Shown here one piece after another: positions 23,725-31,255 of a stretch of 32,000 nucleotides of DNA. The position numbers were made by a program, and so were the translations under genes. The number at the start of each line of letters is the position of its first letter. Position 1 is the first letter of the stretch. The notes beneath the pieces are model-generated. The model made no database searches. It saw only the letters and a list, made by a program, of their open reading frames with translations, and was not told the DNA's origin. The stretch is from Megasphaera elsdenii DSM 20460 (GTDB taxonomy: Bacteria; Bacillota; Negativicutes; Veillonellales; Megasphaeraceae). The stretch is from contig NZ_CP027570.1 of assembly GCF_003010495.1 (NCBI RefSeq), positions 1,410,001-1,442,000 on the forward strand, written 5' to 3'.

Positions 23725-25407
23725 ATGCTGCAGTCCCTGCACATCCACAATTTTGCTCTGATTGAAGACCTGCACCTTACTTTTGGCGACGGGGTGACGA
23801 TTTTTACTGGCGAGACAGGCGCTGGCAAATCGATTCTCCTCGACGCCATCGGTATGCTGGCAGGCAAACGCGCATCGGCATCGTTCGTCCGCCACGGGAC
23901 GGACTCGTTCCTCGTCGAAGGCGCGTTCTTTTTTTCTGCGTTGCCTGAAGGGCTAGAACAGCTCCTGGAGGCCAACCACATCGAAGTCGATGAAGGCCAG
24001 CTCATCATTTCCCGCCAGTTCCCGCGCAGCGGCCGCGGGACCATCCTGGTCAACGGGACGCTGGTACCGACGGCGACCCTGCGGCGGCTGGGCGAGTACC
24101 TGCTGGATATCCACGGCCAGTTCGACAACAGCCTGATTTTCAACCCGTCTTATCACGTGGCTATCCTCGACGGCCTTACGGCAGACGTCCGTCAGGCCCG
24201 TCAGGACTACGACGGATTATACCGCCAGTGGCATGAGACGGAAGGGGAAATCAAGGCTTTGCGCCATGACGAAAGTGAAAAGGCGCGGATGCTCAGTATC
24301 CTGGCGTTCCAGATCAAGGAAATCGAGGGAGCCGCCCTGAAAGAAGGGGAAGACGACGAACTGGAGCAGAAAATCAACAAGGCGTCCCATGCCGAACATA
24401 TTAAGGATAATCTGAAGGAGGCCATGTTCGCCCTGGAAGGGAGTGAACGCCAGCCCGGCGTCATCGAGCAGATCGAGACCATCCACCGCAGCCTGGAAAA
24501 GGCCTCAGCTTACGATGAAGCCTTCAGTGCCCTGGCTGGGAAAGTCGAGACCTTGTCGTATGAAATCGAAGACGTTCACGACGGCCTTTTGCGCTATGCC
24601 GATTCTTTCGACTTCGATGAACGGGCCCTGGATGCCATGCAGTCCCGCCTGGCGTCGATTGAAAAGCTCAAGCGCAAGTACGGTTTCACTGTCGCCGATA
24701 TCCTGCAATTCCTGGCCAAGGCCAAGGCCGATTATGAACGGCTCGACCAGTCCGAAAGCCATCTGGCCAAGCTGGAAGAGAAACTGGCCCGTGAAGCCGA
24801 AGCCGTGCGCCAGCAGGCCCAAGTCCTGGCCGCTGCCCGCCGTGAGGCCGACAGCCAGTTCAGCAAGGCCATGACGGCGACGCTCAATAAGTTGGGCATG
24901 CTGAACAGCCGCATCGCCTTCCATATCGAACCGATGAAGGACATCACACCGGATGGTTCCGCCGGCATCGAGCTTTATTTCTCGGCCAATACGGGCGAAG
25001 CCATGCAGCCCTTGGCGAAAATCGCCTCGGGCGGCGAAGTATCGCGTATTGCCCTGGCCCTGAAGACGGCCGGCCCCGAACGGACGACGGGCAAGACCAT
25101 GATTTTCGATGAAATCGACGTCGGCATCAGTGGCCAGACAGGCCTGCAGGTCGCCGACCATATCCGCCAGCTCTCCGGGCAGGGCCAGGTCTTCTGCATT
25201 ACCCACCTGCCACAGACGGCGGCCATTGCCGACCACCATTACTTCATTTATAAGAAAGAAATGGACGGCCGCACGGTTACCCAGGTCCGGGGCCTCTCGG
25301 AGGGGGAACACGTCCTGGAAATCGCCCGCATGTTCGCCGGCAACGATACGACCAAGGCCAGCATCGAAGCGGCCCGCCAGATTGTAAAGCAAGTCAAGGG
25401 CAGGTAA
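23725..25407 (+). CDS. recN: DNA repair protein RecN
   Basis: Walker A FTGETGAGKS, long coiled-coil middle, signature ASGGEVSRIALALK, Walker B MIFDEIDVGISG. Confidence 0.93.
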   Translation: MLQSLHIHNFALIEDLHLTFGDGVTIFTGETGAGKSILLDAIGMLAGKRASASFVRHGTDSFLVEGAFFFSALPEGLEQLLEANHIEVDEGQLIISRQFPRSGRGTILVNGTLVPTATLRRLGEYLLDIHGQFDNSLIFNPSYHVAILDGLTADVRQARQDYDGLYRQWHETEGEIKALRHDESEKARMLSILAFQIKEIEGAALKEGEDDELEQKINKASHAEHIKDNLKEAMFALEGSERQPGVIEQIETIHRSLEKASAYDEAFSALAGKVETLSYEIEDVHDGLLRYADSFDFDERALDAMQSRLASIEKLKRKYGFTVADILQFLAKAKADYERLDQSESHLAKLEEKLAREAEAVRQQAQVLAAARREADSQFSKAMTATLNKLGMLNSRIAFHIEPMKDITPDGSAGIELYFSANTGEAMQPLAKIASGGEVSRIALALKTAGPERTTGKTMIFDEIDVGISGQTGLQVADHIRQLSGQGQVFCITHLPQTAAIADHHYFIYKKEMDGRTVTQVRGLSEGEHVLEIARMFAGNDTTKASIEAARQIVKQVKGR

Positions 25408-25442
25408 TGCCCTTGACTTGCGATTCGACATTGCTTTGCGGG

Positions 25443-25471
25443 TTGACGAATGTCCGCGATAGGTATATAGT
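25443..25471 (+). promoter_or_regulatory. Promoter candidate for dapB-asd-dapA: TTGACG-17 nt-TATAGT
   Basis: -35 at 25443-25448 and -10 at 25466-25471; roughly 55-nt leader to the ATG at 25530. Confidence 0.55.
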
Positions 25472-25529
25472 TAAATATAATTTCAAAAATCAGAAGTCCC
25501 ATCAAAAGGGACTCACAGGAGGGATAGAT

Positions 25530-26327
25530 ATGCTTCGTGTATTAGTTAACGGTGCCGATGGCCGCATGGGCAGCCAGGTCGTCAAAGCCGTCTTTGAAGA
25601 CCCGGAACTGGAAGTAGCCGGTGGCATCAGCATTACTCATGTCGGCGAAGATGTCGGTGACATCGCCGGTGTCGGCCACTTAGGACTGACCATCCGCGAT
25701 GACCTGGGCGCTGCCCTCGATGACATCAAACCGGATGTCGTCGTCGATTTCACCACGCCGAAAGTCATCTTCAACAACGCTAAGACCTGCATCGAACACG
25801 GTGTCAATATGGTCGTCGGCACGACGGGCCTGACCGCTGAACAGCGTCATGAACTCCATGCCCTGGCTCTGGAAAAGAAGACGAGCATCTTCATTGCCCC
25901 GAACTTTTCCATCGGCGCTGTCCTGATGATGAAGCTCTCGACAGAAGTCGCTCCGTATCTGCCGGATGTCGAAATCATCGAACTCCATCACAACAATAAA
26001 CTGGACGCTCCGTCCGGCACGGCCATCATGACGGCCGATAAGATCGATGCGGCCCGCAAAGAAGCTGGTGTACAGCCGGCTCCGGACAAGACCCATGAAA
26101 GCCTCGATGGCGCCCGCGGTGCTTCCGTAGATGGCATCCCCATCCACAGTGTCCGCCTTCCGGGCTACATCGCTCATCAGCAAGTTTTATTCGGGGGATA
26201 CGGCGAACTGCTGACGATCCGCCACGATTCGATGGACCGCAAGTCCTTCATGCCTGGCGTCGTCTTAGCCGTCAAGAAAGTAAGCTCTCGTCCGGGCTTG
26301 ACCTTTGGACTGGAAAACTATTTATAA
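25530..26327 (+). CDS. dapB: 4-hydroxy-tetrahydrodipicolinate reductase
   Basis: VNGADGRMG NAD(P)-binding motif and ELHHNNKLDAPSGTA signature; start moved from 25407 to the ATG at 25530. Confidence 0.92.
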   Translation: MLRVLVNGADGRMGSQVVKAVFEDPELEVAGGISITHVGEDVGDIAGVGHLGLTIRDDLGAALDDIKPDVVVDFTTPKVIFNNAKTCIEHGVNMVVGTTGLTAEQRHELHALALEKKTSIFIAPNFSIGAVLMMKLSTEVAPYLPDVEIIELHHNNKLDAPSGTAIMTADKIDAARKEAGVQPAPDKTHESLDGARGASVDGIPIHSVRLPGYIAHQQVLFGGYGELLTIRHDSMDRKSFMPGVVLAVKKVSSRPGLTFGLENYL

Positions 26328-26355
26328 AAAGAACCATTAGGGGAGGAAGTTTGTT

Positions 26356-27393
26356 ATGACAAAAGAACCGGTAGTAGCGATTTTAGGTGCCACAGGTGCC
26401 GTAGGCCAGGAATTTATCCGCTTGATCGAAGAACGAAAATTCCCGTACAGCAAGTTGAAGTTATTAGCATCGTACCGTTCGGCTGGCAAGAAAATGACTG
26501 TCAACGGGGAAGAATATACCGTTGAAGAAGCCAAACCGGAATCTTTCGACGGTGTCGACATCGGCTTGTTCGCCGGCGGCTCGATCAGTAAAGAATTGGG
26601 ACCTGAAGCTGCTAAACGGGGCTGCATCGTCATCGACAACTCCAGCACGTTCCGCATGGACCCCAACGTACCGCTCGTCGTACCGGAAGTCAATCCCGAA
26701 GACATCGCCTGGCACAAGGGCATCATTGCCAACCCGAACTGCTCGACGATCATCATGCTCATGGCCCTCAAGCCGATTCATGACTTGTCGCCGATCAAAC
26801 GCATTATCGTCAGCACGTACCAGGCCGTTTCCGGTGCCGGCAAAGAAGGTATCGACGAACTGCGCGATGAAACGGAAGCCTACCTCAAAGGGGAAGAAAT
26901 GCAGCCGAAGATTCTGCCCAGCAAGAGCCTTCCCAAGCATTATCCCATCGCTTTCAACCTCATCCCGCAGATCGATAAATTCGTAGAAAAAGACTACACC
27001 AAAGAAGAAATGAAGATGGTCAACGAAACGCACAAGATGCTCCACGACGACTCCATCGCCATTACGGCTACGACCGTCCGCGTACCGGTCTTCCGCAGCC
27101 ATGCTGAATCGGTCTATGTCGAAACGGCCGATGAACTGACTGTCGATGCCGTCCGCAAAGCCATCGATGCGTTCCCCGGTGCCCAGGTCCAGGACAACCC
27201 GGCTGAAATGGAATATCCTATGCCGCTGTTCACGTCGGAAAAATACGACTGCTACGTCGGCCGTATCCGCAAGGACCTGTATAATCCGAAGGCCATCAAT
27301 CTCTGGGTATCGGGCGACCAGATCCGCAAAGGCGCTGCCCTCAATGCCCTGCAGATTGCCGAATACATGCTGGCTCACGACATGATCCACTAA
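26356..27393 (+). CDS. asd: Aspartate-semialdehyde dehydrogenase
   Basis: GATGAVGQ Rossmann motif, active-site NPNCSTI, SGDQIRKGAALNA. Confidence 0.93.
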   Translation: MTKEPVVAILGATGAVGQEFIRLIEERKFPYSKLKLLASYRSAGKKMTVNGEEYTVEEAKPESFDGVDIGLFAGGSISKELGPEAAKRGCIVIDNSSTFRMDPNVPLVVPEVNPEDIAWHKGIIANPNCSTIIMLMALKPIHDLSPIKRIIVSTYQAVSGAGKEGIDELRDETEAYLKGEEMQPKILPSKSLPKHYPIAFNLIPQIDKFVEKDYTKEEMKMVNETHKMLHDDSIAITATTVRVPVFRSHAESVYVETADELTVDAVRKAIDAFPGAQVQDNPAEMEYPMPLFTSEKYDCYVGRIRKDLYNPKAINLWVSGDQIRKGAALNALQIAEYMLAHDMIH

Positions 27394-27420
27394 GTACGAA
27401 GGATGGGAGATGAACCTTTT

Positions 27421-28302
27421 ATGTTAACTTTTCCAAATGTGATTGTTGCCATGGTCACGCCGTTCCACGAAGACGGTTCCGTCAATTATGAAGCGGCTGT
27501 TGAACTGGCTAAGAAATATGCTGATGAAGGCTCGGCCATCCTCGTCGGGGCTACGACGGGCGAAGGGGCTGTCATGACGGAAGAAGAAAAGCTCAAGCTC
27601 TTCCAAGTCACGGCAGATGCCTTGAAAGACAAGACCCTGGTCATGGGCAATGTCGGCACCAACAATACGCTCCAGACTATCGAAATGGCCAAGAAGGCCA
27701 AAGATACGGGCGTCGACGTCCTGCTGTGCATCGTCCCGTATTACAATAAACCGAACCAGGAAGGCTGTTATGCTCACTTTGCTGCCATCGCCAAGTCGAC
27801 GGACCTGCCTATCTTCATTTATAACGTACCGGGCCGTACAGGCGGCAAAATCGAACCGCAGACGGTCTGCCAGCTGGCTCATGACTTCCCGAACATCATC
27901 GGCCTCAAAGACGCCAGCGGCGACCTCGATTATGCCGGCTACGTCGCAGCCAATGCACCGGAAGGTTTCCACCTCTACAGCGGTGACGACAACCTGACCC
28001 TGCCCATCGTCGCTGTCGGCGGCGAAGGCGTCATTTCCGTAGCTGCCCACGTCATCGGCAAGGAAATGAACGAAATGATCCAGGCCCATAAAGACGGCGA
28101 CGTCAAGAAAGCCGCTGCCCTCCATCAGAAATACCTGCCCTTCATGAAAGGCTGTTTCTGCACGGTCAGCCCGGTCCCGGTCAAGACCATGCTCAACATG
28201 CTCGGCTTCCCGGCTGGACCCTTCCGCCTGCCCTTGGTAGACGCTACGCCGGAAATCAAGGCCAAATGTGAACAATACCTGAAAGATATCGGTCGGCTAT
28301 AA
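27421..28302 (+). CDS. dapA: 4-hydroxy-tetrahydrodipicolinate synthase
   Basis: AMVTPF, GATTGEG, YNVPGRTG, GLKDASG motifs; the ATG at 27421 gives a canonical N-terminus (ORF-track 27403 is possible). Confidence 0.9.
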   Translation: MLTFPNVIVAMVTPFHEDGSVNYEAAVELAKKYADEGSAILVGATTGEGAVMTEEEKLKLFQVTADALKDKTLVMGNVGTNNTLQTIEMAKKAKDTGVDVLLCIVPYYNKPNQEGCYAHFAAIAKSTDLPIFIYNVPGRTGGKIEPQTVCQLAHDFPNIIGLKDASGDLDYAGYVAANAPEGFHLYSGDDNLTLPIVAVGGEGVISVAAHVIGKEMNEMIQAHKDGDVKKAAALHQKYLPFMKGCFCTVSPVPVKTMLNMLGFPAGPFRLPLVDATPEIKAKCEQYLKDIGRL

Positions 28303-28337
28303 GCGCTGATAAATAGAAACCGCTCCGACCTGTACTC

Positions 28338-28384
28338 AAGCCTCCCTTTATAGGGGAGGTGGCCCAACGGGCCGGAGAGGTTCC
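28338..28384 (+). repeat. Subfamily-A half-unit of the multi-hairpin repeat (aagcctccctttataggggaggtggcccaacgggccggagaggttcc)
   Basis: Same order of hairpins and tail as 4181-4226. The second hairpin is ggccc-aac-gggcc instead of ggcc-gtca-ggcc, so it is still self-complementary. Confidence 0.8.
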
Positions 28385-28414
28385 TATGAATTTGGTTTTA
28401 TATTAAAAAAAGCC

Positions 28415-28443
28415 TTGACATATTTCCGATTTCTTGTTATGAT
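28415..28443 (+). promoter_or_regulatory. tRNA-Arg promoter candidate TTGACA-17 nt-TATGAT
   Basis: -35 at 28415-28420 and -10 at 28438-28443; the tRNA 5' end is about 29 nt downstream. Confidence 0.6.
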
Positions 28444-28471
28444 ATATGAGTCGTCAGGAACGACAAGACAT

Positions 28472-28548
28472 GACTCGGTAGCTCAGCTGGATAGAGTGAC
28501 TGACTACGAATCAGTAGGTCTAGGGTTCGAATCCCTACCGGGTCACCA
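28472..28548 (+). tRNA. tRNA-Arg (anticodon ACG), CCA encoded
   Basis: Hand-folded cloverleaf: acceptor gactcgg/ccgggtc (one G-U), D arm gctc/gagt, anticodon arm actga-ctACGaa-tcagt, T arm taggg-ttcgaat-cccta, 3' a-cca; 77 nt. Confidence 0.92.
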
Positions 28549-28551
28549 TAG

Positions 28552-28584
28552 AAAAAAGCTCACGCATTTTGCGTGAGCTTTTTT
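28552..28584 (+). terminator. Rho-independent terminator after tRNA-Arg
   Basis: aaaaaagctcacgc-atttt-gcgtgagctttttt, a perfect 9-bp stem plus A/T extensions. Confidence 0.85.
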
Positions 28585-28607
28585 GTTGTGTTTGATGTGT
28601 GATGAAA

Positions 28608-28656
28608 GGCTCCCTTTATAGGGGAGCTGGCCGCCGAAGGCGGTCTGAGAGGTTGA
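28608..28656 (+). repeat. Subfamily-B half-unit of the multi-hairpin repeat
   Basis: ggctccctttataggggagctggccgccgaaggcggtctgagaggttga matches 92-140. Confidence 0.85.
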
Positions 28657-28682
28657 TTTTTACCAGCCCCTAGCCACTTAAA

Positions 28683-28727
28683 AGGGGCTGTCGCACGAAG
28701 GTTTTTGCCATCATGCGAAGTCCCTTT
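28683..28727 (+). repeat. Degenerate copy of the long-loop terminator cassette (ggggctgtcgcacgaaggtttttgccatcatgcgaagtcccttt)
   Basis: Homologous to the reverse complement of 9144-9193; stem complementarity is imperfect. Confidence 0.5.
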
Positions 28728-28736
28728 CTCTTTAAT

Positions 28737-28823
28737 GTTTGAGGTTTGATGTATGATGTTTGAGGCGATTGCTTTAAATTTAAAACCATCCACATCAAAC
28801 ATCAAACTTTCAACTTCAAACTC
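28737..28823. repeat. Heptamer-word inverted arms (gtttgagg/gtttgatg words at 28737-28765; catcaaa/cttcaaa words at 28791-28823) around a loop containing gctttaaatttaaaacc
   Basis: tgatgtttga (28754-28763) is exactly complementary to tcaaacatca (28796-28805); further partial pairing is possible in several registers. Confidence 0.75.
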
Positions 28824-28858
28824 AAAAAGAGGCTGTCTTCATGCGACAGCCTCTTTTT
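28824..28858. terminator. Conserved bidirectional terminator cassette aaaaagaggctgtc-ttcatgc-gacagcctcttttt
   Basis: Abuts the stop of the minus-strand lipoprotein gene (28862); same core as 165-201. Confidence 0.85.
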
Positions 28859-28861
28859 ATA

Positions 28862-29413
28862 CTATTTCTTCAGATTCGGCGTGCAATCGATGATGATGCT
28901 GCCCGGTTGTTTCATGACTGTGAAATTTCCCTTTGTCGAAGACAGGGCTTTTTCCAAAGTCTTGCTGTGCCATTTTTCGACGCCCATCTGGGAGCCGCCG
29001 ACCTCTTTCGACGAAGCCGACTGTTTCTGAGCATCTTCCGGCAGAAGGTCACTGATGTTGACGTTTTCACCATCTTTGACTTTGATGGTTACCGTCACGG
29101 CCCGGCCGTTCTGGAAGACGACTTGGTAGCGGCCATTGTGGAAGACGCGGATCGTGTCGCCCTGAGAATAGGGGTGGCCCCATTCGTTTTCCCAATCGGC
29201 CTGGGTATCGCCGATGGTGGGCAGGTTGGCGACCGGTGTTTCTTTGGTATCGGTCTGGCTCTTCGTGTCCTGGCCCTGCTTGGTTTCTCCCGGCTGTTGC
29301 TGCTGGGTCTGGGTCTGCTGTTTCTGCGGCTGCGAATTGGTCGGCGATGCCGGCGTACATCCGGCAGCTACCAGGGTGAAGAGCAGAAGGACAAGGGTAA
29401 GATAACGTTTCAT
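28862..29413 (-). CDS. Lipoprotein of unknown function with a Q/T-rich linker
   Basis: Signal peptide plus lipobox MKRYLTLVLLLFTLVAAGC; RBS aaggagg; 12 nt downstream of the helicase gene. Confidence 0.75.
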   Translation of the reverse strand: MKRYLTLVLLLFTLVAAGCTPASPTNSQPQKQQTQTQQQQPGETKQGQDTKSQTDTKETPVANLPTIGDTQADWENEWGHPYSQGDTIRVFHNGRYQVVFQNGRAVTVTIKVKDGENVNISDLLPEDAQKQSASSKEVGGSQMGVEKWHSKTLEKALSSTKGNFTVMKQPGSIIIDCTPNLKK

Positions 29414-29425
29414 AAGTAGACCTCC

Positions 29426-30685
29426 TTAGCGGCGCCGGCGGTTGTCTCCGCCCTTATGGCGCTGTTTATGGCGTTTTTCTTTCGTTGTCTGGTAAGTGCT
29501 GGCCGGCAGTTTGTCCCGATACGTCTTTTTCCGCTTCGGCGGTTTGCTGCTGGCCTTGACTTTGACTTGTCCCGTCAGGGTATATTTCGTGATCGTCGCA
29601 TGGATGTTGTGTTCGATGCGGCGGACCCAATTTTCATCGGCTGCCGTGGCAAACATGATGGACAGGCCTTCATTGCCGGCACGGCCGGTGCGGCCGATGC
29701 GGTGGATGTAGTAGTCGACGTCATGGGGGACATCGAAGTTGAAGACATGCGTGATCCCTTCGATGTCGATGCCGCGGGCTGCGATATCCGTGGCGACCAG
29801 GATCTGCGTCTTGGCTTTGGCAAAGTCGCGCAGGACCTGATTGCGGCGGCCCTGAGACATATCGCCGTGGAGTTCACCGATGTTGAAGCCCTTGGCGATG
29901 AGTTTGCCTGCCAGGAGGGAGGTCCGTTCCTTAGTGTTGCAGAAGACGATGGCCAGATAGGGATTCATTTCTGTCAGCATCTGGCAGAGTTTCGGCAGTT
30001 TCTGTTCTTCTGTCATCATGTAGATGCGCTGTTCGATATTTTCCAGGGCAATCGTCTGGCCTTCGAGGATATTGAGGACCAGCGGGCTCTGCATGTGCTT
30101 TTTGGCCAGGCCTTTGATCTTGTCCGGAACCGTAGCCGAGAAGAAGAGGAGCTGCCGCCGTTTCGGCGTCAGGCCGATGAGGGTATCGACATCTTCTAAG
30201 AAACCGGCCTGCAGCATCTGGTCCGCTTCGTCGACGATGACCCGGCGGACGCCGCTCAGGTCGAGGGAATTGCGGCGGCAGTGGTCGAGCAGGCGGCCCG
30301 GCGTACCGATGATGACGTGAGGATGGCGGTGCAGTTTCTGGAGCTGGTTCTCAATGGTCTTGCCGCCGATGAGGCTGAGGACGTCGACGCCCAGTTCCGG
30401 TGCCAGGGTATCGGCGACGTCGGCAATCTGGCGGGCCAGTTCCCGCGTCGGCGCCATGACCAGGACTTGTTCGGCGTGGATATCTGTCTTGACCTGCTGC
30501 AGTGACGGCAGGAGAAAGGCAAAGGTCTTGCCCGTACCGGTCTGGGCCTGGGCCAGGATGTCCCGGCCTTTGAACAAGGGGGGGATGGCCTGTGCCTGGA
30601 CGGCCGTGGGTTCATTGATGCCCTGCTTGTGCAGGAGTTCACAAATCTTCGGCGTAATGCCGAGTGATTCAAAATTCTTTGTCAT
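29426..30685 (-). CDS. DEAD-box ATP-dependent RNA helicase with a basic C-terminal tail
   Basis: Q motif PTAVQ, Walker A AQTGTGKT, VDEADQM, SAT, HRIGRTGRAG. Confidence 0.92.
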   Translation of the reverse strand: MTKNFESLGITPKICELLHKQGINEPTAVQAQAIPPLFKGRDILAQAQTGTGKTFAFLLPSLQQVKTDIHAEQVLVMAPTRELARQIADVADTLAPELGVDVLSLIGGKTIENQLQKLHRHPHVIIGTPGRLLDHCRRNSLDLSGVRRVIVDEADQMLQAGFLEDVDTLIGLTPKRRQLLFFSATVPDKIKGLAKKHMQSPLVLNILEGQTIALENIEQRIYMMTEEQKLPKLCQMLTEMNPYLAIVFCNTKERTSLLAGKLIAKGFNIGELHGDMSQGRRNQVLRDFAKAKTQILVATDIAARGIDIEGITHVFNFDVPHDVDYYIHRIGRTGRAGNEGLSIMFATAADENWVRRIEHNIHATITKYTLTGQVKVKASSKPPKRKKTYRDKLPASTYQTTKEKRHKQRHKGGDNRRRR

Positions 30686-30729
30686 GTATGTCCCTTTCTA
30701 TGCGAACTAAAATTACTTCTTATTATTTC

Positions 30730-30758
30730 TATTTTACACAAAAGCCAGGGCTTGCGCA
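30730..30758 (-). promoter_or_regulatory. Promoter candidate for the helicase operon: TTGCGC-17 nt-TAAAAT (minus strand)
   Basis: The reverse complement of 30730-30758 gives the hexamers with 17-nt spacing. Confidence 0.4.
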
Positions 30759-30761
30759 AAC

Positions 30762-30790
30762 TTTTCTTTCCTTTTGGGATATGGTATACT
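30762..30790 (+). promoter_or_regulatory. Promoter candidate for the membrane-protein pair: extended -10 TGgTATACT with a weak -35
   Basis: tatact at 30785-30790 with tg at 30782-30783. Confidence 0.4.
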
Positions 30791-30832
30791 AAAGTGATTT
30801 CGTTTGCGTTGTTTTAGGAGGTCTTGCAGAAA

Positions 30833-31255
30833 ATGAGTTGGTGGCGCGATATTTTGCGGCAAAGTGTCTTCATGTGTTTCTTTATCATTCCCATCCCGAT
30901 CGGAGCCTATACCATTCACAGCGGTTCCAGTGCCGTCGTGGCCATGGTCAGTTATGTCTTTTTGTCCCTGGTCATCCCCGTCGCCTACGTGGGCTGCCAG
31001 GATGCGTCTTTTGGCCCTCAGGGCGGGCGGATCCGCCGCTGGGTCATGGCCCTCATGTGGTTCATCGTCTTTGCGGCTATCGGGGCTTTTACGGCTTTCA
31101 TGGGCGTCTATTGGAAGGCAGCTCCTTTCTGGGAATGGCCGACCATTGGCCGCGACGTCGTCTTCATCGCCGGCATGTATGGGGAAATCAGTCTGACCAT
31201 GCTCCTTGCCTTTGTCGTCTCCCAGCTTTTGCCAGGCCGAAAGGAAGTAAAATAA
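30833..31255 (+). CDS. Small polytopic membrane protein, unknown function
   Basis: Four hydrophobic segments in the translation; AGGAGG at 30816-30821. The minus-strand ORF 30734-31363 is judged spurious. Confidence 0.6.
   Translation: MSWWRDILRQSVFMCFFIIPIPIGAYTIHSGSSAVVAMVSYVFLSLVIPVAYVGCQDASFGPQGGRIRRWVMALMWFIVFAAIGAFTAFMGVYWKAAPFWEWPTIGRDVVFIAGMYGEISLTMLLAFVVSQLLPGRKEVK

Noticed and set aside
25408-25529. Lysine riboswitch (L-box) ahead of dapB-asd-dapA
   Set aside because: The untranslated region after the predicted promoter is only about 55 nt, far too short for an L-box of roughly 180 nt, and no conserved L-box helices are visible.
28300-28860. Integrated prophage or genomic island at tRNA-Arg
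   Set aside because: No integrase gene, no cargo genes and no direct repeat of the tRNA 3' end are visible. The flanking DNA consists only of the short repeat modules described above.
28841-29419. 192-aa + strand ORF opposite the lipoprotein gene, and the 81-aa minus ORF at 28560-28805 across the repeat modules
   Set aside because: The minus-strand frame at 28862-29413 has an RBS, a signal peptide and a lipobox, whereas the + frame has none. The 28560-28805 ORF is made up of repeat and terminator sequence and has no RBS.
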